Source: Mobula hypostoma
Lineage: Eukaryota
Assembly: GCF_963921235.1 (NCBI RefSeq)
Contig: NC_086108.1
Coordinates: 78,308,001 to 78,372,000 of the forward strand
Direction of reading: 5' to 3'
Length of the DNA stretch: 64,000 bases
Position numbers and translations under genes: made by a program. Positions 25,620 to 38,936 of the stretch are shown here, one piece after another. Position 1 is the stretch's first letter; each line of letters opens with the position of its first letter. The notes beneath the pieces are model-generated. The model worked only from the letters and a program-made list of their open reading frames with translations, did no database searches and had not been told where the DNA came from.

Positions 25620-27208
25620 CAAAGTTCAAAGTTCAAAAGTTAAAAGTAAATTTATTATCAAAGTACATATACAGTATGTCAACACATACAATGCTGACAT
25701 ATGTCTTTTTGTGGGCATACTCAGTAAATCTAAGAAACGTAATAGAATCAATGAAAGACTGCACCCAACAAGATAGACAACCAATTTGCAAAAGACAACA
25801 ATGTGTGCAAATACAAAATAAAAAATAATAAGTAAATTAGAAATAACTATCAAAAAGATGAGTTGAAGTGTTCTTGAAAGTAAGTCCATAGGTTGTGGGA
25901 ACATTTCAGAGCTGAGACGAGTGAAGTTGAGAGCCGTTATCCCCACTGGTTCAAGAGCCTGATGGTTGAGAGGTACTAACCTTTCCTGAAAGTGGTGATG
26001 TGGGTCCTGAGGCTCCTGTACCTTCTCCCTGGTTGTAGCAACAAGAAGAGAGCATGGCCTGGGTGACGAGAGTCCTTGATGATGAATGCTGCTTTCCTGC
26101 AACAGTGCTCCCTATAGATGTGCTCAATGGTGAGAAGGGTTTTATCCATGAGACTGGGCCGTATCCAATACTTTTTGTAGGATTTTCCATTCTGGGGCAT
26201 TGGGGTTTCCATACCAAGCCATGATACAACCAGTCAACATATTCTCCACCAGATTCCTATAGAAGTCTGTCAGAGTTTTAGATGTGATGTTGAATCTTCA
26301 CACTTCTAAGAAAGTGGAGGCGCTGTCATGCTTTCTTTGTAACTGTACTTCAGTGCTGGGCCCAGGACAAATTGTATGAAATGATAGCACAGAGAAATTA
26401 AAAGTTGCTTACCCTCTCCACCTTTGATCCCCCAATTAGGACTGACTCATGATTCTCTAGTCAATAATCAGCTCCTTGGTCTTGTTGCAATTGAATGTGA
26501 GGTTGTTGTTGTGGCACCACTTAGCCAGCTTTTCAATCTCCCTCCTCTGTGCTGGTTCGTCATCACCTTTGATTCAATGACAGTGAAAGCGGTGTTATCA
26601 GCAAACTTAAGTATTGTATTAGACTTGTGCTTAGCCTCACAATCTTAAGTATACAGCTAGTAGAGCGGGGAGCTAAACCCACAATGTTGTGGCGCACCCG
26701 TTCTGATGGATATTGTGGAGGAGATGTTGATGCCAATCTGAACTGACAATTGCACAAGGAGGTATTGAGGTCAAGGTCTTGAAACTTATTATCTTTGAGG
26801 GAATGATAGTATTGAATGCCGATCTGTAATCAATAGCATCCTGATGTATGTATCTTTGCTGTCCAGATGTTCCAGGGTTAAATGGAGAGCCAATGAAATG
26901 GCATCTGTTTTGGGCATGTTGTGCCAGAAGGCAAACTGAAGTAGATCCAAGTCGCTTCTCAGGAAGGAGTTGATATGTTTCATCACCAGCATCTCAAAGC
27001 AATTTATCAAAGTGAATGCAAGTGCTACTGGACAATAGTCATTGAGACAGGTTGTATGTTCTTCTTAGGCACCGGTATAATTGAAGAGGTTAAAGATATC
27101 AGTGAACACTCCAGCCAGTTGATCAGCACAGGTCTTTAGCTTTCAGCCAGCTACCCCATCTAGGCAGGATGCATTCTGTGGGCTCACCCTCCTGAAGGAT
27201 GCTCTCAG
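25620..27208 (-). mobile_element. Rex1/Babar LINE RT and 3' end
   Basis: CFEMLVMKHINSFL..DLDLLQFA; AAFIIKDSRHPGHALFLLLQPGRRYRSL; (TTTGAAC)n tail. Confidence 0.88.
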
Positions 27209-28108
27209 AGACTCAAATAGAGGGAGAGGAGGGAATAGGCTATGTGGTGACAAGCAGTAGGGAAGATAGAACCACAGTTAATGGTAGGGAAGAAACTAGG
27301 TAACTGGGTGCTGTGCAGGGATAGGGATGGGAATGGTTTGAAAAGAAGGAAATGAGTCAAAGGATCTGGATGAGTTATCCCAGCAATTTGTGTTTTGCTT
27401 AGCATTCTCAATCAACCTTCTTCAGAAAATAGGGGAGAAATTGCATTTTATTTATGTTCAAAGAACATTCATCAAGATGAAGAATGTCAGAGATATTAGA
27501 CAGAATTTGTAAGGAAATGTTAAGTTCCTCCTTGAACTGCTGGATTTTCTCCAAGTAAGCAACAGCAAAGTCAGGTTTTCAAGACTTGCATGTAGAAATC
27601 CCACACATGCCAATTGCTGGGATGCTGATTGCACTCCCACATTGGAATCATTATACCACAGGAGTACAAAATTATATTAATTTCCTCCCCCACCTTACTG
27701 TTCAAACAATCTGCACCAAATCAGAACTTTGCACAGGGATTTTCCCTTTCAATAGAAAAGAACGGCTGCAAGAGATTATGGCATGTGTTAGTAATTTTGG
27801 TTTTAATTACTTGAGTTTGAGAAGTCCCACTTTTTGCAGATTAAGTTTGCTATTCATGTGCAACTTAATGGCAAACATAGTCAGTTTGTCATTGATTGCA
27901 AAATCGGTAACAATGTACAATTTGCATGCTAAAGATTAAAGATTAGCTTTATTTGTCATATGTACATTGAAACATCCAGTGAAATGTATTATTTCCATTA
28001 ATAACCAACGTAGTCCAAATATATGCTAGGAGAAGTCCATAAGTGTCAGCATATCCCAAACTTAGATAGAAACGGTAAATAATACTTGGTCCATTAGGTT
28101 CAATCAAG

Positions 28109-29250
28109 AACAAGAAAAAATCTGCAGATGCTGGACCTCCAAGCAACACATACAAAATGCTGGAGGAACTCAGCAGGCCAGCAGCATCTGTGGAAAAGAG
28201 TAAACCGTCAATGTTTCGGGCTGAGACCCTTCATCAGGACTAGAGAAAAAAAATTAGAAGAGGGGAAGGGTGCAGTAATGAGCTGGGAAGTCAATTGGTG
28301 AAATAAATAAAAGGGCTAGAGAAGGGGGAATCTGAAATGAGAGGACAGAAGCCATGGAAGAAAGGGAAGGGAGAGGAGCACAAGAGGGAGTTGATGGCTA
28401 GGTAAGGATATAAGGTGAGAGAGGGAAATGGGAATGGGATATGGTGAAGGAGAGTGGGGGGCCATTATCGGAAGTTCGAGAAATCGATGTTCATGCCATC
28501 AGGTTGGAGGCTATCCAGACAGAAAAATAATATGTTGCTCCTCCAACCTGAGCATGTCTAATCACGGCAGTAGAGGAAGCCATGGATTGTCATGTCAGAA
28601 TGGGAATGGGAAGTATAATTAAAATGGATGGCCATTGATCTTGCTTTTTCTGGCAGATGGAGCGTAGGTGATCAGCGAAGTGGTCTCCTAATCTACATCA
28701 TGTTTCACTGATATACAGGAAGCCACACCGAGAGCACCAGATACAATAGATGACCTTACCTGGAAGGACTGTTTGGGGCCCTGAATGGTAGTGAGGGAGG
28801 AGGGGTAGGGCCAGGCATAGCACTTGTTCTGCTTGCAAGGATAAGTGCCAAGAGGGAGATCAGTGGGGAGGGATGAATGGACAAGGGAGTCACATAAGGA
28901 GCGATCCATGCAGAAAACAGTAAGTGTGGAGGGGGGAGGGGAGGGAAATATGTGCTTGGTGGTGGGATCCCATTAGAGATCACGGGGGTTATGGAGAATT
29001 ACGTGCTGGACGTGGAGGCTGGTGGTGTGGTAGGTGAGGACACGAGGAGCCCTATCCCTGGTGGGGTGGCGGGAGGATGGGGCAAGGGCAGACATGCGCA
29101 AAATGAAAGAGATATGGATGAGGGCAACATTAATGGTGGAGGAAGAGAAGTCCCTTTTTTTTTTGGAATAGGATGACAGCTCCTTAGTTCTGAAATGAAA
29201 AGCTTCATCCTGAGAGCAGATGAGGGGAATTGGCAGAAGGGGATGGCATT
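28109..29250 (-). mobile_element. Decayed Penelope-like element 3' part with hammerhead motif at 28206-28241
   Basis: DRSLCDSLVHSSLPTDLPLGTYPCKQNKCY; minus strand agtc ctgatga agggtctcagccc gaaac att gacg. Confidence 0.9.
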
Positions 29251-29641
29251 TGGTTACCTTGGCAATGTAAAACAGTTAGCATCCTTAATGGATAAAAGCA
29301 GCAAAAGTTAATATACAAGACAGGCACAGAAAGTTTGTTGGAAAAAACATCCAGAGATCCTGAGTGAGGCAGCTCCAATGTAGGGTACCTATCATTCATA
29401 CCAGTAAAGATCAAACCATATCTATCTAGGAACCTATAACATTTGATGGAAAATATTGTCACCCGATTCTAAGCAACATGCAAGGAAATTAAAATTTGAC
29501 TTCTGGAGAGGCACTTTAAACAAGTGGACACAAATATATACATGTTTTCCCTTAATGCTCAATTGCAAGATTGTCCTTGAAATATTGAAAACACAGTGAT
29601 TTTAGAACTATTGTTATTACATGTATTATCAAATATTTCAA

Positions 29642-29932
29642 ATTCAAAGTTCAAAGTAAAATTTATTTTCAGCATACATAAACATCATCACATACAACCC
29701 CGAGATTCTTTTTCTGCAGGCATATTTAGCAAATCCATAGAACAGTAACTGTAAACAGGATCTGTAAACAGTAAATATCAGGAACTGTAAGCAAACTGTG
29801 CAAATGCCTAGAAAATAAATAAATAGCAAAAATAATGAACATGAAATAACAATATAAAAGAATCCTTAAATAAGTGTAGTTATCCCCTTTTGTTCAAGAG
29901 CCTGATGGTTGAGGGGTAGGAACTGTTCTCGA
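29642..29932 (-). mobile_element. Rex1-type 3' tip
   Basis: gaacagttcctacccctcaaccatcaggctcttgaac; (TTTGAAC) tail. Confidence 0.7.
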
Positions 29933-30324
29933 AGAGATGTTAGTGACCCACTGCCAACTCATTAGATCTAAAGTCACCATGCAGTGAATGTGTATAAATT
30001 TGAAACTAAGATGCTGCAACAGATGAAGCAGCTCAGGAATTAAGTTCAGCAATCAATTGTGCCCCTTTCCTTTCCCTGGCATCGGTCATGACTTCACATC
30101 ACGTCTTGGGAAAAAAAATTAATACAAAGTGAAGGATTTCAATTCGTTCATCAAGAGATATCCTGAAAACATCTTCATTAAAACATTCAATTGTTTTTTT
30201 AACATGATTACACACATTTCTTTGTGATACAAGACTGGCTACTTGGCCTACTATGTCTACCCAGCTCTGAAAGCAATCCACAACCTTTTCTCTTTATTTG
30301 TTCACCATCTCCAGTTATTCTCCT

Positions 30325-30520
30325 ACCATCTAGTTACAAGGGATAATATAAAGTAGCCAATAAGATCTGCCATCTCACAATTCCTTGGGATGTTTGAGAA
30401 ATTTGGAGCACCTATGGAAATCCATCTGTTCATAGAAAGAACATGCAAACACCATAGACAGAATCCTAGGAGAGGATTGAACCATGGTCTTTGAAGCTGT
30501 GTGGCCACAGCCCTAAGTAA
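30325..30520 (-). mobile_element. V-SINE (HE1-like) relic
   Basis: Minus strand ggttcaatcc B-box, then V-domain-like atttccataggtgctccaaatttctc. Confidence 0.6.
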
Positions 30521-30701
30521 TGTCCAACAATACAGAGGACTCTAATAATCTTTCAGCCCTGTGTCGAGAATCTATCAATAATCTAATTATTAATATTAAA
30601 AGACTCTACTTCCACAACTCCTTTCAGGTAGGAGGTTAGCCAAACACTCACAATTTTCAGTGAGAGAAAAATTTGCTTAATCTGTGTCCAACTGGCAATT
30701 C

Positions 30702-30930
30702 ATAAACACAAGAGATTCTGCAGATACTGGAAATCCAGAACGACACACAAAATGCAGGAGGGAATCAGCAGGTCAGGTAGCATCAATGGAAGGGAATAAA
30801 CAGTCAACATTTCAAGCCAAGACCCCTCATTCAACACCACCTCATTCTGGTTTCTTCTCTCTTCCTTTCCAGTCCCAATGATAGATGCTCCCTGACCTGC
30901 TGAGTTCCTCCACCATTTTCTGTGTTGCTC
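30702..30930. mobile_element. Fold-back PLE-derived mini element with decayed hammerhead remnants
   Basis: Inverted arms about 30745-30787 and 30881-30925; cagtcaacatttcaagccaagacccctcat between them; aactggcaa / aacttggcaa flanks. Confidence 0.75.
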
Positions 30931-31283
30931 TAACTTGGCAACTCTTTATTTAGAAAACTCCACAAGAAGGAACATCCTGTCTACTTTTATTCTGTTATGA
31001 CCCCTCAGGATCTTATGTTTCAGTTGAATCCTTTTACTGCTCTGAACTGCAGCAGATACAAAGATTCAAAGTGCATTCATTATCAAAGAACATATAAATT
31101 ATATGACCTTGAGATTTGTTTGCTCACAGGTAGCCACAAAGCAAGAAATCCAAAGAGCCCATTTAAAGAAAACAAGTAAAGAAGTAGTTTTTAGTTAGAT
31201 TTCTAAGTCCAGCTTTTCCAGATTTTCCTCATAACTTGCCCATTTCTGGTATCTGTTTAGCATATTAGTACTCTAATCACAGT

Positions 31284-31686
31284 AAGACAATAAGACATAG
31301 GAGCAGAATTAGGCTACTCGGCCCATTGAGTCTGCTCTGCCATTCCATCATAGCTGATTTATTATCACTCTCAACCCTATTTATCTGCCTTCTCCCTGTA
31401 ACCTTTGATGCTATTACTAATCAAGAACCGATCTATCTCTATATTAAATATATCCAATGACTTGGCCTCCACAGTCATATGTGGCAATGAATTCCAGAGA
31501 TTCACTACCCTCTGGCTAAAGAAATTCCCTCTCATCTCTATTCTAAATAATCGCTCCCCTATTCTGAGGCTGTATGCTCTGGTCCTAAACTCTCTCACTA
31601 TGTGAAACATCTTCCCCATGTCCAGTCTATCTAAGTCTTGCAAGATTCAACAGGTTTCAATGAGATCCCCCCTCACTTTTCTAAAA
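31284..31686 (-). mobile_element. CR1 3' fragment
   Basis: RGNFFSQRVVNLWNSLP; tail cctatgtcttattgtctt. Confidence 0.88.
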
Positions 31687-31759
31687 CATTAAGTAAACTC
31701 ATAGTCAATCTCCTGCACTCAGAATCTTTAACTTCCCATAATCACACGATGGGAAATCC

Positions 31760-33890
31760 AAAATGTGAAATTCTCTATAAACATGTATAAAGGAAAAGGT
31801 TAGTCAAAGTTGATGCGGACGTCTTACAGTCAAAGTGCATCTGTATTTTGTATTTTGTTCATGAAAAACAGACATCTGAATAAAACTATGGAGAACAATA
31901 GCTCGTCTAGAGTGAATGTGAAGCTATAAGAAATTAGGATAAATTTTTAAAAGTGTAGAGTTTAAGCAAATTATAATGAAAGGTGATAAATCCCTAGTAC
32001 ACTTTTACCTGCATCACAAGGTTTAAGGTGATGTTTATGGAGATCCTGAATATACTGGTTGTCAACTTCCAGAGATCCATGGGTCCAAGAATTATTCCCA
32101 CAGTTTGGGAAGTGGAGAAGGCAGAAGAGGAAGAAAGAAAACAATGAATTATAGATGGGCTAATTTAACACAAACAGAATGGAGCATGCTGGGATGTAAT
32201 ATAAAGAAAAAGGTAAGAGAGCTCATGGAAAATAGTATTAGCATTTATAAAGAGGAATCATAGATACACATATAAAAATGAATTCTTGTTTGATAAATAA
32301 AATTGATAGAATAGATAAGGGGGAAAAAGGTGAACTGATGTGTTTGGAGTTTTGGAGGATCATCAATTAGATGCCACAAAAGTGGCTATTATTAAACAAA
32401 CTTGGAGTACACAGTATAAAAGGTAGTGATGTGGTTTCAGGATTGGTTAACAATAGATTTAAACTGATGATTTTCAATCTGGGAGGCCAAAATTAATGGG
32501 ATGCCACAGGGATTGGTTTCAAGGGTTCAAATGTGTAAAATTCAAATCAACAGTTTGACTGAAGAGATAAGTGCGATATATTTCAGTTTGCTGATGAGTA
32601 AAGGTGGGTGGTAGTGTGGACAGTAGCAAGGATAGAGAGAGGATTTTTAGAGATAGAGACAAATTAACTAAATAGTCACAGACATGGCAGATGGAATAGA
32701 ATGTGGGGAAAAAGCATTGGTATGGTGGGGGGCACTGCACAGGATCAAAATAAGCTTCAGAAAGTTGTAAACTCAGTCAGCTTCACCATGGACACTAGCC
32801 TCCCCAGCTTTCAGGGCATCTTCAAGGAGCGATGCCTTAAAAAGGCGGCATCCATCACTAAGGACTTCGATCACCCAGGATGTGCCCACTTCTTATTGCT
32901 ACCATCAAGGAGGAGGTACAGGAGCCTGAAGGCAATAGCTTCTTCCCCTCTGTCATCAGATTTCTGAATGGACATTGAACCCAAGAATGCTACTTAACTT
33001 TTTTTTCCTCCTTTTACACTACTTATTTAACTTTTTTTATATACTGTACATATACTTACTGTAATTTAGCTTTTATTATGTATTGCGATGTACTGCTGCT
33101 GCATCAACAAATTTCACAACATATGCCAGTAATATTAAACCTGATTCTGACTCTGATACTGAATATGAAAATGAGGTAATCTATTTTAGTTGAAAAAATG
33201 TTGTGTGATGAAAGATTAAAAGATATTGTTCGATGTCCTTACAGTCAAAGCACTAAGTTAACACAAGAGGTATAACAAGCAATTAGGAAAGCACATGATA
33301 TGTTAGCCTTTGTTAAGAAAGGAATTACATACTCCAAATATTGGTAAGATATGACCATAGCTGGACTGTTGTACATGGATCTGGTCAAGGCCGGACAGGC
33401 TTGTGAGAGAGGAAGTATAGCAAAGGCTAGGACTAGATTGAGTCCTAGAATGGTGGGCTTCTTGTACAAGACAAGGTTAATCAGACAAGCCTATACACAA
33501 TATTAATAATAACAAGAGGTGATCACATTGAATTGCACAAAATTAAAGAAGGATTAAAGAATGGATAATGTTTCAGCTGCCTAGTCCTAAAAGACTGGGC
33601 AACAACTTCAAAATGAGAGTTTGGCTATTAAGGATGGAGACAAGAAAACATTCCTTTACTGATTGGACATGAATCTTTGGAATTCCCAATTCAAGAAGGT
33701 ATGAAAACTCAATATGATTAATAGAGTTAATAAAGAGATCATTCAGTTTTTAAATATTGAGAGAATCAAGGAATTTTGATTTGGTGCAGGAAAGTGGTGC
33801 TCAAGTTAAAGGTTAGCAATAATCTTATTGAATGATGGAGTATACATGAGGGGGCAAAAAGTCTATCCCTACTTCTATTTCTTATGTTAG
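31760..33890 (+). mobile_element. Old CR1 ORF2 relic interrupted by a Rex1 3' fragment (about 32715-33160)
   Basis: tttgctgatgag...tggcagatggaatagaatgtggg, then Rex1 LQKVVNS...HPGCAHFLLLPSRRRYRSL, then CR1 3' end. Confidence 0.75.
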
Positions 33891-34007
33891 TATTTTAAAA
33901 GTTTGTACCATACATAATTAAAGTGTTTGGGTATTTTAGATAGGAAAAAATGAAGAATTCAACTCAATGTTAAAAAAGATAATTTATCAGTAAAACATGC
34001 TATAAAG

Positions 34008-34081
34008 TTTATTTAAATTTCCATGCTTTCTTCCAATTCACAAGAAAATAAACATCTTTGGAATTTAGTGTCATTTTTATT
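34008..34081 (-). promoter_or_regulatory. Candidate polyadenylation signals of ccdc24 (AATAAA at 34081-34076 and 34013-34008)
   Basis: tttatt on the plus strand, 186-259 nt past the stop codon in AT-rich unique sequence. Confidence 0.4.
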
Positions 34082-34266
34082 TTTACTTAGCACACATGAT
34101 ATAAAATATGAATTAGTGGATGGAAGTACTGTAAATTAATCAAAAATGCCACAATCTTAGGAACATTTACTATAACCTAGATTATTCAATTGTAATTAAG
34201 ACAAATGTTATTTCAACTCAAACCACAATTCTAAACTGGGGCAGTTCTCTGAAAACTGGCCTCATT

Positions 34267-34978
34267 CTATGTATGACCAATGAGGCTGTCTCTGTGGGTT
34301 CTTCTCAATCTGTGTGTGGACTTGCCCTGTGTACTAATGGGTTTCTCAGTGGTAGGTGGTGTTGGATTAAGAATATAGCCATTCTGTTTAGGCACTTCAG
34401 TAGGGCTTCTCAAACTTGACAACAATGTTCTATTATTTTCTGTAGTGCAATGAACTCTAGTCTGGGAGGAAAAAGCAATTGACTGCTGGCCCGTCGGAAA
34501 ATTATCCGTTGACTGGGAATAAACTGATGATTTTTCTCCTTCTTCTTGTAATAACAGTGATTCTTCTATGTTATTTCTTTCAGACACAGTCTCTATTTTC
34601 TTTGGATTTAAAGTCCTTGGCATCTCATCCATTTTCTGTTCAATTTTACTATGAGTTTTCACCTTAGAATAAACCACAGGACTACACACACCTTTCGGTG
34701 CAAGATACATTGCTGATGCACCCTTGCCATGGAGAGTAGGTATTGATAAGTCCACAGCCGCAGAAGATGTTCTCTGTGGTGAGATATTGAGTATTCCAGA
34801 ATATTCCAATTTTGTAGAACGGTCTCTAGTTCCACTAGCACTGGATTCGCTCAGCGGTGAGATATTGTGCCGCTGCATCCTCTGCTCTAGATCTGGTTCT
34901 GATTGGCCAGATGTTACTGTTGAGCAATGACCTCCTTCTGATGGGTTGAGTGCTGGATTGTTCAATCTCACTGCTCTC
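34267..34978 (-). CDS. ccdc24: CCDC24-like terminal coding exon, about 236-aa S/T/P-rich tail ending in TAG
   Basis: ttgtttgatatAG acceptor at 34979-34980; phase 2 joins in frame with the 234-aa ORF 34267..34971; longest non-TE ORF in the window; followed by AATAAA sites. Confidence 0.75.
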
Positions 34979-35722
34979 CTATATCAAACAAATATTTTTT
35001 TTTTATGTACAATGTGATTATATACAATTTTAGCAACAATTTTTGATTTGCTTCTAAGTAAATGAATTTGTATACATATTTCTAAAATTGTGGAAGCCCT
35101 GTCGGGGGCAAGTTAATTAACTCTTGTACAGCAGGTTTGTGCATACTTACTATATCCTGGTTGATTATAATACAGCTGTGGGCAATTTTATCCTTTCAAT
35201 CTCTGTATACTGTATATATAGCTCTGCTACAAACAAGAACAAAATGGGGCCTAAGTGAGGAAATAATTTCTCAAGCCTATGCACCCAGTATCATTTTAAT
35301 ATAAGAGCTGTCTAATTGGCTCATTGTTGGCACCCTTGCAACAAGGAACCCTCCAAACTCAAGATTTACAGCAGGAAATCTAGGCCAGTACATTGATGCA
35401 GTGATGATGTATTGTTACAGTGTCTTTTAGTTGACAGGTATGTCAAAAAGGAGAAATCTAATCCAGTTTGTTCTACTATCAGACTCCTCCAAATCAGTAG
35501 CAATGTAAGAAATTTCTATTACTCAGTTTTTGAACTTTCTGGTAGTTTGCTTAATCAAGCATGAAGCAAACACAACGAAATCCAATCCATTTCTGAGAAT
35601 TCAGATTGAATCCATAATTTGCCAAACTTCATGGTACAGGGATCCATACAGCACTGGTGACCGAGCCCCTCTTCTCAACAATATTCAAAGCAGCAATACG
35701 CAGAGACCTGAATGCATCTTAC

Positions 35723-35840
35723 CCACAGGATCTCGAGGAGGATCTGTACCCAGATGGTTTATGAACTTGCGCCAGACTTTGTATTGAAGGTGGTGCCAAC
35801 TGCAGGTCCTGTTCTAATATTTTCCGTTCCTCTCGCAGTT
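35723..35840 (-). CDS. ccdc24: CCDC24-like internal coding exon (118 bp), ELREERKILEQDLQLAPPSIQSLAQVHKPSGYRSSSRSCG
   Basis: tcttcAG acceptor and TGG|GTaaga donor; matches recalled human ELKEQKKAMEQELQ; phase 1 in, phase 2 out. Confidence 0.85.
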
Positions 35841-36168
35841 CTGAAGATTAAAAAAACTGAAGCTGTAAAAACAATCTGAAATACAGAGCTCTCTCTAAAA
35901 TAAGTTATACTAGGGCAGGAATATAGATGGAATCAGAAGTCTTTCAATTTGCATAAATTTATATAAATTTTAAAGGATGTATAAAATGATACAAGATACT
36001 ACATTAACCTTATTAAGCATGTACTTAAATTAAAACTTCATATCATTATAGGATCATCTTTGCACACATAGTATATCATCGTTCACAAAGATTGTAGTAT
36101 ATTTTGTTAATGTATATATTGATATTTGCCAGTACAGGTTAAAGCATGAATCTCACAGTGGGACATAC

Positions 36169-36238
36169 CTGCAATTGATGGCACTGCAATTTGTATCTTG
36201 GGCTCCAAGCTGTAGTTATGTTCTTCTTCTAAACACTC
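36169..36238 (-). CDS. ccdc24: CCDC24-like internal coding exon (70 bp), ECLEEEHNYSLEPKIQIAVPSIA
   Basis: ctacAG acceptor and CAG|GTatgt donor; matches recalled human RCLEEEYL...EPTLAE; phase 0 in, phase 1 out. Confidence 0.85.
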
Positions 36239-37386
36239 CTGTAGATATCACGAAACAGGATTATGGATCTGCTACTAACACACTTTAAAACAAGTTCCTC
36301 CTTCTCATGTTCATTCTAAAATAACAAGAAGCATTGAATGCTAAATTAGTTAACATTTGAATTTTGAAAGTACTTTTGTGGTTCACAGCTCAGTTGCTTA
36401 CTTTTTATTTCACTGTACAATTACTCTTTCTTCCTTCACAATTATATTTACCAGTGGAACATCACTGAACTTGTAAATATCCCCAAAAGTTCAAGAGATT
36501 ATTTTTCTTTTCTGTGAAAGACATGGTGAGCTTTCACTACTTCTCCCCATGTTGCTAACAGCTACAACTATGGGTAAGTTCATTGAAGGCCATAATTAGT
36601 TTAGCAGAAATTATGCTAGCTAAGTAATTTCAACTGCTGGGTTTCCATGAATACACCAATTAATTTATCTTCTATTAGCTTTATTATGATTTGCCTCCTA
36701 AAACGGAATGCTCTAGCAGGTGAAAAATAAACAGCAATTAGGGTTAATGAGCACTTAAGAAGAGGAAACAAGAACCTCATCAGACATCTCCTGGTCTGGC
36801 AGATCTCCCCTAATTCAGGAATTGAATTAGTCTGATCTTTACTAATATGGTAAATTACCCATTCACAATACTGAAACAAAAATGCTCCATAAATAAAAGA
36901 ATTATAATCATATTTACAAATCACTTGCAAAGCTTCCTTAATGTACAAATGCTTGTTTTCTTTCCCTGAAGCTTCTTATTTTTAACTAGATATATTACGG
37001 CCCTGATTTTCCAAGGATAAAAATCAATAACTTTGGGATCAGCACATATGCATAGGAACACAGCAGTACTGAAACTGGGATCAGCTGAGCAAATTCCTCT
37101 ATGTATACGAATACTGTTTAAATATTGTCAGAGGGACCAAGTATCCATACTTTTCAATTCCCCTTAACATTTAATTTTCATCTCTTAGAGGACAGGTTCA
37201 CCCATTATCACCAGAAAAATATATGTAGGAGGAAGTATCATTAACTAAAAGATGAAATTTGCAAGAGGAAGAGGATTTAGCCATCATCTTCGAGCTAATG
37301 CTTCCCATGTTTTCTGTGGTGTCCCAATCCATTTTTGATACATAAGATTAAAATTATCACATTCAAATAAAAATGAAAAGTTAATA

Positions 37387-37540
37387 CAGGTCAACCTTCA
37401 CTAATCTGACTACCTGTAATCTGGTTCCTTCGATAATCTGGCACTGATTATGCTTAATGTGATCCTTCTGTAATTCGCCATTTTCACTAATCCGGCACTC
37501 CTCAGGTACCAATGGTGCCGGAGTAGGGAAGGTTGACCTG
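37387..37540. mobile_element. 154-bp Tc1/mariner-superfamily (Tigger-like) MITE
   Basis: Perfect 13-bp TIR CAGGTCAACCTTC, TA on both sides, internal repeated taatc(t/c)g. Confidence 0.85.
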
Positions 37541-38072
37541 TAGTATCATCAAGGCTGCCTGCCATCCCGGACATTCCCTTTTCTCTCTTTTACCTTCCGA
37601 GAGAATATACATGAAATTGGAAACAGGGACGACCAGACTCAAAATCAGCTTCTTTTTCACGGCTATTATATTTCTGAACCAATTACCTCTTTCATGTCTA
37701 GTGACACTGCCACATTCTCAAACTCTTATTTCTACCTCTTCTGTTCTTGTAACTTCAGCATTTCTTTTTGAGTTTGTATTATCTTACTTTCATAAAACTA
37801 TTATGTCCTGAAGATCTGAAATAAAAATTGCATCAGGGGTGTACAACAGTTTTCAGGATGCTCAGAGTATTACCACAGTCATGAATAACTGACATCACAG
37901 GAGCAATAAAATCATCATTACGGCCACTAGCCAATAAATTCTGTAAGAAAGCAAACTGCTACCTAAGAGATGGATATCAATCAGCTGCCATTGCTCGAGC
38001 CAAGTCCTGTGGATTACACTGTAGAAAAAGAAACCACAGGGCTTGAACTTTTATATTATAAGGGGGTATTTA

Positions 38073-38936
38073 AACATAGAAACATAGAAAACCTACAGCA
38101 CAACATAGGCCCTTCGGCCCACAAAGTTGTGCCGAACATGTCCCTACTTAGAAATTACTAGACTTCCCCATAGCCCTCTATTTTTCTAAGCTCCATGTAC
38201 CTATCCAAAAGTCTCTTAAGAGACCCTATCGTATCCACCTCCACCACCATTGCCGGCAGCCCATTCCATGCACTCACCACTCTCTGAGTAAAAAACTTAT
38301 CCCTGACATCTCCTCTGTATCTACTCCCCAGCACCTTAAACATATGTCCTCTTGGGGCAACCATTTCAGCCCTGGGAAAAAGCCTCTGACCATCCACACG
38401 ATCAGTGTCTCTCATCATCTTATACACCTCTATCAGGTCACCTCTCATCCTCTGTCACTCAACCTGTTTTCATAAGGCATGCTCCCCAATCCAGGCAACA
38501 TCCTTGTAAATCTCCTCTGCACCCTTTCTATGGCTTCTACATCCTTCCTCTAGTGAGGCGACCAGAACTGAGCACAGTACTCTAAGTGGGGTCTGACCAG
38601 GGTCCAATAAACCTGTAACATTACCTCTCAGCTCCTAGATTCAATTCCATGATTAATGAATGCCAATACACTGTATGCCTTCTTAACCACAGTGTCAACC
38701 TGCGCAGCTGCTTTGAGCATCCCATGGATTCGGACCCCAAGATCCCTCTGATCCTCCACACTGCCAAGTAAGTCTTACCAGTAATATTACATTCTGCCAT
38801 CATATTTGACCTACCAAAATGAACCACTTCACACTTATCTGGGTTGATCTCCATTTGTCAATTCTCAGTCCAGTTTTGTATCCTATCAATGTCCCACTGT
38901 AACCTCTGACAGCCCTCCACACTATCCACACTTCCA
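38073..38936 (-). mobile_element. CR1 family A 3' fragment in a ccdc24 intron
   Basis: MEINPDKCEVVHFGRSN; FFTQRVVSAWNGLP; (TTTCTATG)n tail. Confidence 0.93.

Noticed and set aside
1..34000. Exons of the expected neighbour SLC6A9 (human synteny) on the plus strand
   Set aside because: No recognisable transporter peptide found by eye
34267..34971. Stand-alone 234-aa gene
   Set aside because: Starts at GTG just inside a splice acceptor and is in phase with upstream ccdc24 exons
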